DNA of 64,000 nt from Haliscomenobacter sp. (GTDB lineage Bacteria > Bacteroidota > Bacteroidia > Chitinophagales > Saprospiraceae), in the NCBI GenBank assembly GCA_016707205.1, contig JADJHZ010000007.1, forward strand, positions 188,151 through 252,150, in the 5' to 3' direction. Position numbers and translations under genes: made by a program. The notes beneath the pieces are model-generated. The model was not told where the DNA came from and did no database searches. It saw nothing but the letters and a program-made list of their open reading frames with translations. This document shows, in pieces, positions 61,626-64,000 of this stretch. Positions within the stretch are counted from its first letter, which is position 1; each line of letters starts with the position of its first letter.

Positions 61626-62314
61626 TTAGTACCCGTCTAACCGAGAACCGAAATTGCTGTCCCCGATATCGGTAAAGAACCCGACGCGGAAGGACACCCG
61701 GCAATTGAAATCATCGAAGTTCCAGGACCCGCCACGAACCACACGCATATCTTGATCGCCGCCGGTCGTCCACGCGCTTCCGTCGTCCGGGGCGCCCTCG
61801 TAGTTGGCATGCCATACATCGGCGCACCATTCCCACACGTTGCCGCTCATATCGTACAGCCCCAGTTCGTTGGGCTGTTTTAGTCCCACGGGTTTGGTTT
61901 CTGCGTGGCTGTTTTCACCGTACCAGCCTACTTCGTTGAGTTTGTTTCCACCGGAATAGGTAAACCCCTGGCTTCGATGGCCGCCCCGGGCCGCGTATTC
62001 CCATTCCGCCTCGCTGGGCAGGCGGTAGGTTTTGCCGGTGCGGGTATTCAGTTTTTTGAGGAAAGTTTGCACGTCGATCCAGGACACCTGCTCCACCGGG
62101 CGGTTGGGGTCCTGAAAAGAAGACGGGTTGTCGCCCATCACTGCCTGCCATAGCGCCTGGGTGACGGGTACTTGCCCAGGGAAAAGCGGGGTATTTGCAC
62201 GCGTTGATTGCCCATTTGGAAGGGCCCCCCTGCAATGTGGATCATTTCAAAAAACAGATCCGTGTCCGGGATGCGGTCCCGATAGCTCTCCTGGGGATAG
62301 TCAATGGCGCTCAT
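61626..62314 (-). pseudogene. FGE-sulfatase (SUMF1/C-type-lectin-fold) domain protein with one 1-nt frameshift at ~62166
   Basis: The start MSAIDYPQESYRDRIPDTDLFFEMIHIAGGPFQMG…FSLGKYP shifts frame to VTQALWQAVMGDNPSSFQDPNRPVEQVSWIDVQTFLKKLN…YRLPSEAEWEYAARGG…GNVWEWCAD…RVVRGGSWNFDDFNCRVSFRVGF. These are canonical FGE-domain motifs. Its ATG overlaps the upstream gene stop by 14 nt. Confidence 0.75.
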
Positions 62315-62880
62315 AGGTGATGTTTTCGCGAAGAAGATATTTTCCGTCCCCCAGGTATTTCACCACGAACAGGTCTTTGAAAAAAGCCAAAGAGCGGGTC
62401 AGTTGGGCATCGGGGAGCGGTTGTCCGAAGCGCTCCAGGTAGGCGGCGGCTACCTCGGAGGGGTGAAACGCGCTGGTTCCAACGGAATAAACGGCGAAGA
62501 GAATTTTAGCGTCCTGCTCGTTGAATGCGTAGGTCAGTTTGGGGAAAAACTCGTAAAGAAGGTTCAACAAGGAGAGCACGATTTTTAACCGGTTGTCTTC
62601 GGTTAAAAAAGACCGTAGTTTCTTTCAATAAAAACCCCATCAAATCGTGTTGCGACACCTTCATCAAATTGAACAGTTTGATGGATTTTGCGGCGTATGT
62701 TCCGTCCGTGTCCTCCACGATTTCAATGGAACGGACTTCTTCCGCCTCCCGGGAGGCGCCGGGTTCCAGCGCAACGACGGCGTTCAGGACGCGCAGCACC
62801 GCTTCATCGGGCTGGAGGGAGGCGTCGTCATGGAGTTTTTCGGCTACAAAGGCTCGGAGGATGGCTTCTGGCGCTTTCAT
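62301..62880 (-). pseudogene. Hypothetical ~192-aa protein, translationally coupled between the CHAT and FGE-domain genes, with one 1-nt frameshift at ~62622
   Basis: ORFs 62506–62880 and 62301–62579 join as …LMGFLLKKLRSFLTEDNRLKIVLSLLNLLYEFF… once a single A is removed from the A-run. The start overlaps the CHAT stop as ATGA. No family is recognised. Confidence 0.5.
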
Positions 62881-64000
62881 TTGGGATGGGTTTTAGATGG
62901 ACAGGCGTTGCCCGTTGTGAAATAGGTGAACGAGATCTTCGATATTTTGTTTTCAGCCAATGCTTGCCGCAAACCAAAGCGAACTGCAGCCCGTATATCA
63001 TCGGGTTTTTCTGCATATTGCCAGTAAAAGCCTGCGGCGAATAATTTGGCTGGTAAGGAATTATAAATATCGTTTACGCCGATCGCATAAATATCGTGTG
63101 TACTTATGGCTATTGCTTGCGGTTCAGTATAACAAGCATTTAATACAACTACCTTTAGTCCAGGATGGTCCTCTTTGATCAGTTTAAACATTTTTCTCTA
63201 GTTTTTCGGCATCCACTTCCTTGCCTCCCTGGTAATCCTCGCTATGAAGGATTAATCCGCCTCCTTTTTTTGTATCGGGATTTTGCACTTTGCCATGGCC
63301 GACAAAATGAATAATGGTTGGAGATTTCGAACTAATGGCCTCGTTCATTCGATCTGCGCTTATTCCCATTTCGGTAAAAAGCAAAAACCGATTAGTGTGT
63401 TCCTGCAACTTGTGATAAATCAGTAAAAATTCGTTTCCGAAGCTCAGTTGGCTATCCGTCGGATTGGCTGCCAGGAACAAAATCACCTGCCGCTCGTCTA
63501 CCTGAGGCACATCGGGCAGGCGTTTGGGAAGGGGGTCGCTTGGATGGGTTCCTTCGGTCATTTCCGCATGGGAAGGGGCGATTTTTTCCCTCCGCGTTTG
63601 TTTCCATTTTTCCAGGTCGAAGGGCCGGTACGTGTTTCCGTAATCGCTGGAAATCTCCCAGGAGGCGTGTTCCCGGTCTTTTCGCAGTTCTTCCAGGATG
63701 GCTTCCAGCCACGCCGGCATCGCGGATGCTTCGATATAGAGCAGAATGGACTTGGCCGCCCGGTCCAGTTCTACTTTAAACCAGCCTTCGGGCGTAGACA
63801 CGTGGATGCCATTGCGCCAGATATGATCGGTTGAGGTTTTTCTTCCGAGCGCCGTGATGAAGGACCGGACCAAAAAATAGTTATTCCAGCGCATTGGGTA
63901 TCGGAGCACCCGCACCTCTTTGGCTTTTTGTTCCCATTCGTAGACCAAACGTTGGGGCTTATCCGGGGGCAAAAACTCCGGGAAAATGTACACGGCCTTT
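62877..64000 (-). pseudogene. CHAT-domain (caspase-like His/Cys) protease homologue. It is partial because the N-terminus lies beyond the window end, and it has one 1-nt frameshift at ~63187.
   Basis: …SKSPTIIHFVGHGKVQNPDTKKGGGLILHSEDYQGGKEVDAEKLEK|(frame change)|FKLIKEDHPGLKVVVLNACYTEPQAIA…. The HFxGHG and VVLNAC motifs are the CHAT catalytic His/Cys dyad. The frame remains open to position 64000. Confidence 0.7.

Noticed and set aside
61626-61760. DGR (diversity-generating retroelement) variable region at the 3' end of the FGE/CLec-fold gene. The sequence RGGSWNFDDFNCRVSFRVGFFTDIGDSNFGSRL resembles DGR VR templates (RGGSWNNNxRNCRxAYRNNNNPDNRNNNIGFR), with diversified residues at Asn positions.
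   Set aside because: No reverse transcriptase or avd gene is present. The window has no template-repeat copy of this segment, and the adjacent tandem repeats are unrelated in sequence. The codons at 'variable' positions (gat, ggg, ttt) do not fit the NNC pattern from AAC templates. The normally invariant Pro and Arg positions are also changed. It is more likely a divergent ordinary FGE domain. It would still be worth a genome-wide TR search.

Overview
This 64-kb window reads as a chromosomal segment from a Bacteroidota bacterium. The evidence is a SusC/SusD pair, a T9SS 'YPNP…' C-terminal sorting domain, leaderless gene starts, and high GC with long spurious antisense ORFs.

Gene content in order:
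- the 5' part of a large IgGFc-binding-like/PKD surface protein (minus strand, runs off the window start)
- a BNR/Asp-box repeat protein
- a polytopic membrane protein
- an AraC-GyrI regulator overlapping a GyrI-like protein
- a 700-bp repeat-rich, hairpin-rich intergenic region
- a stand-alone RtcB RNA ligase homologue
- YceI
- a complete tetR–tolC–MFP–RND efflux operon
- a GNAT/FemAB-like protein
- a TPM (YgcG) protein
- a LysE translocator
- 6-phosphofructokinase
- a SusC/SusD pair
- a Crp/Fnr regulator
- a penicillin/AHL-acylase family protein
- a Uma2 endonuclease
- a flotillin/NfeD pair
- two adjacent giant secreted proteins: a ~2.8k-aa YWTD-propeller/Ig-like adhesin with a T9SS CTD (two frameshifts) and an intact 4410-aa parallel-beta-helix/CARDB mega-protein
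- a GH2 beta-mannosidase (two frameshifts)
- mnmE (two frameshifts)
- a 4×~313-bp tandem repeat array
- a tightly overlapping three-gene cassette at the window end: CHAT caspase-like protease – unknown ~190-aa protein – FGE-sulfatase (C-type-lectin-fold) domain protein.

The cassette is my best candidate for an undescribed signalling or conflict system.

All nine or more frameshifts I traced are single-base indels in homopolymer runs. I read them as assembly errors rather than true pseudogenes.

The region also carries several families of small dispersed repeats: 8-bp microsatellites built on a CGAAGT/GCTACCTC motif, a hairpin REP-like element with a compensatory base change between copies, and a 19-nt poly-G tract.

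No rRNA, tRNA, CRISPR array or recognisable transposase was found.
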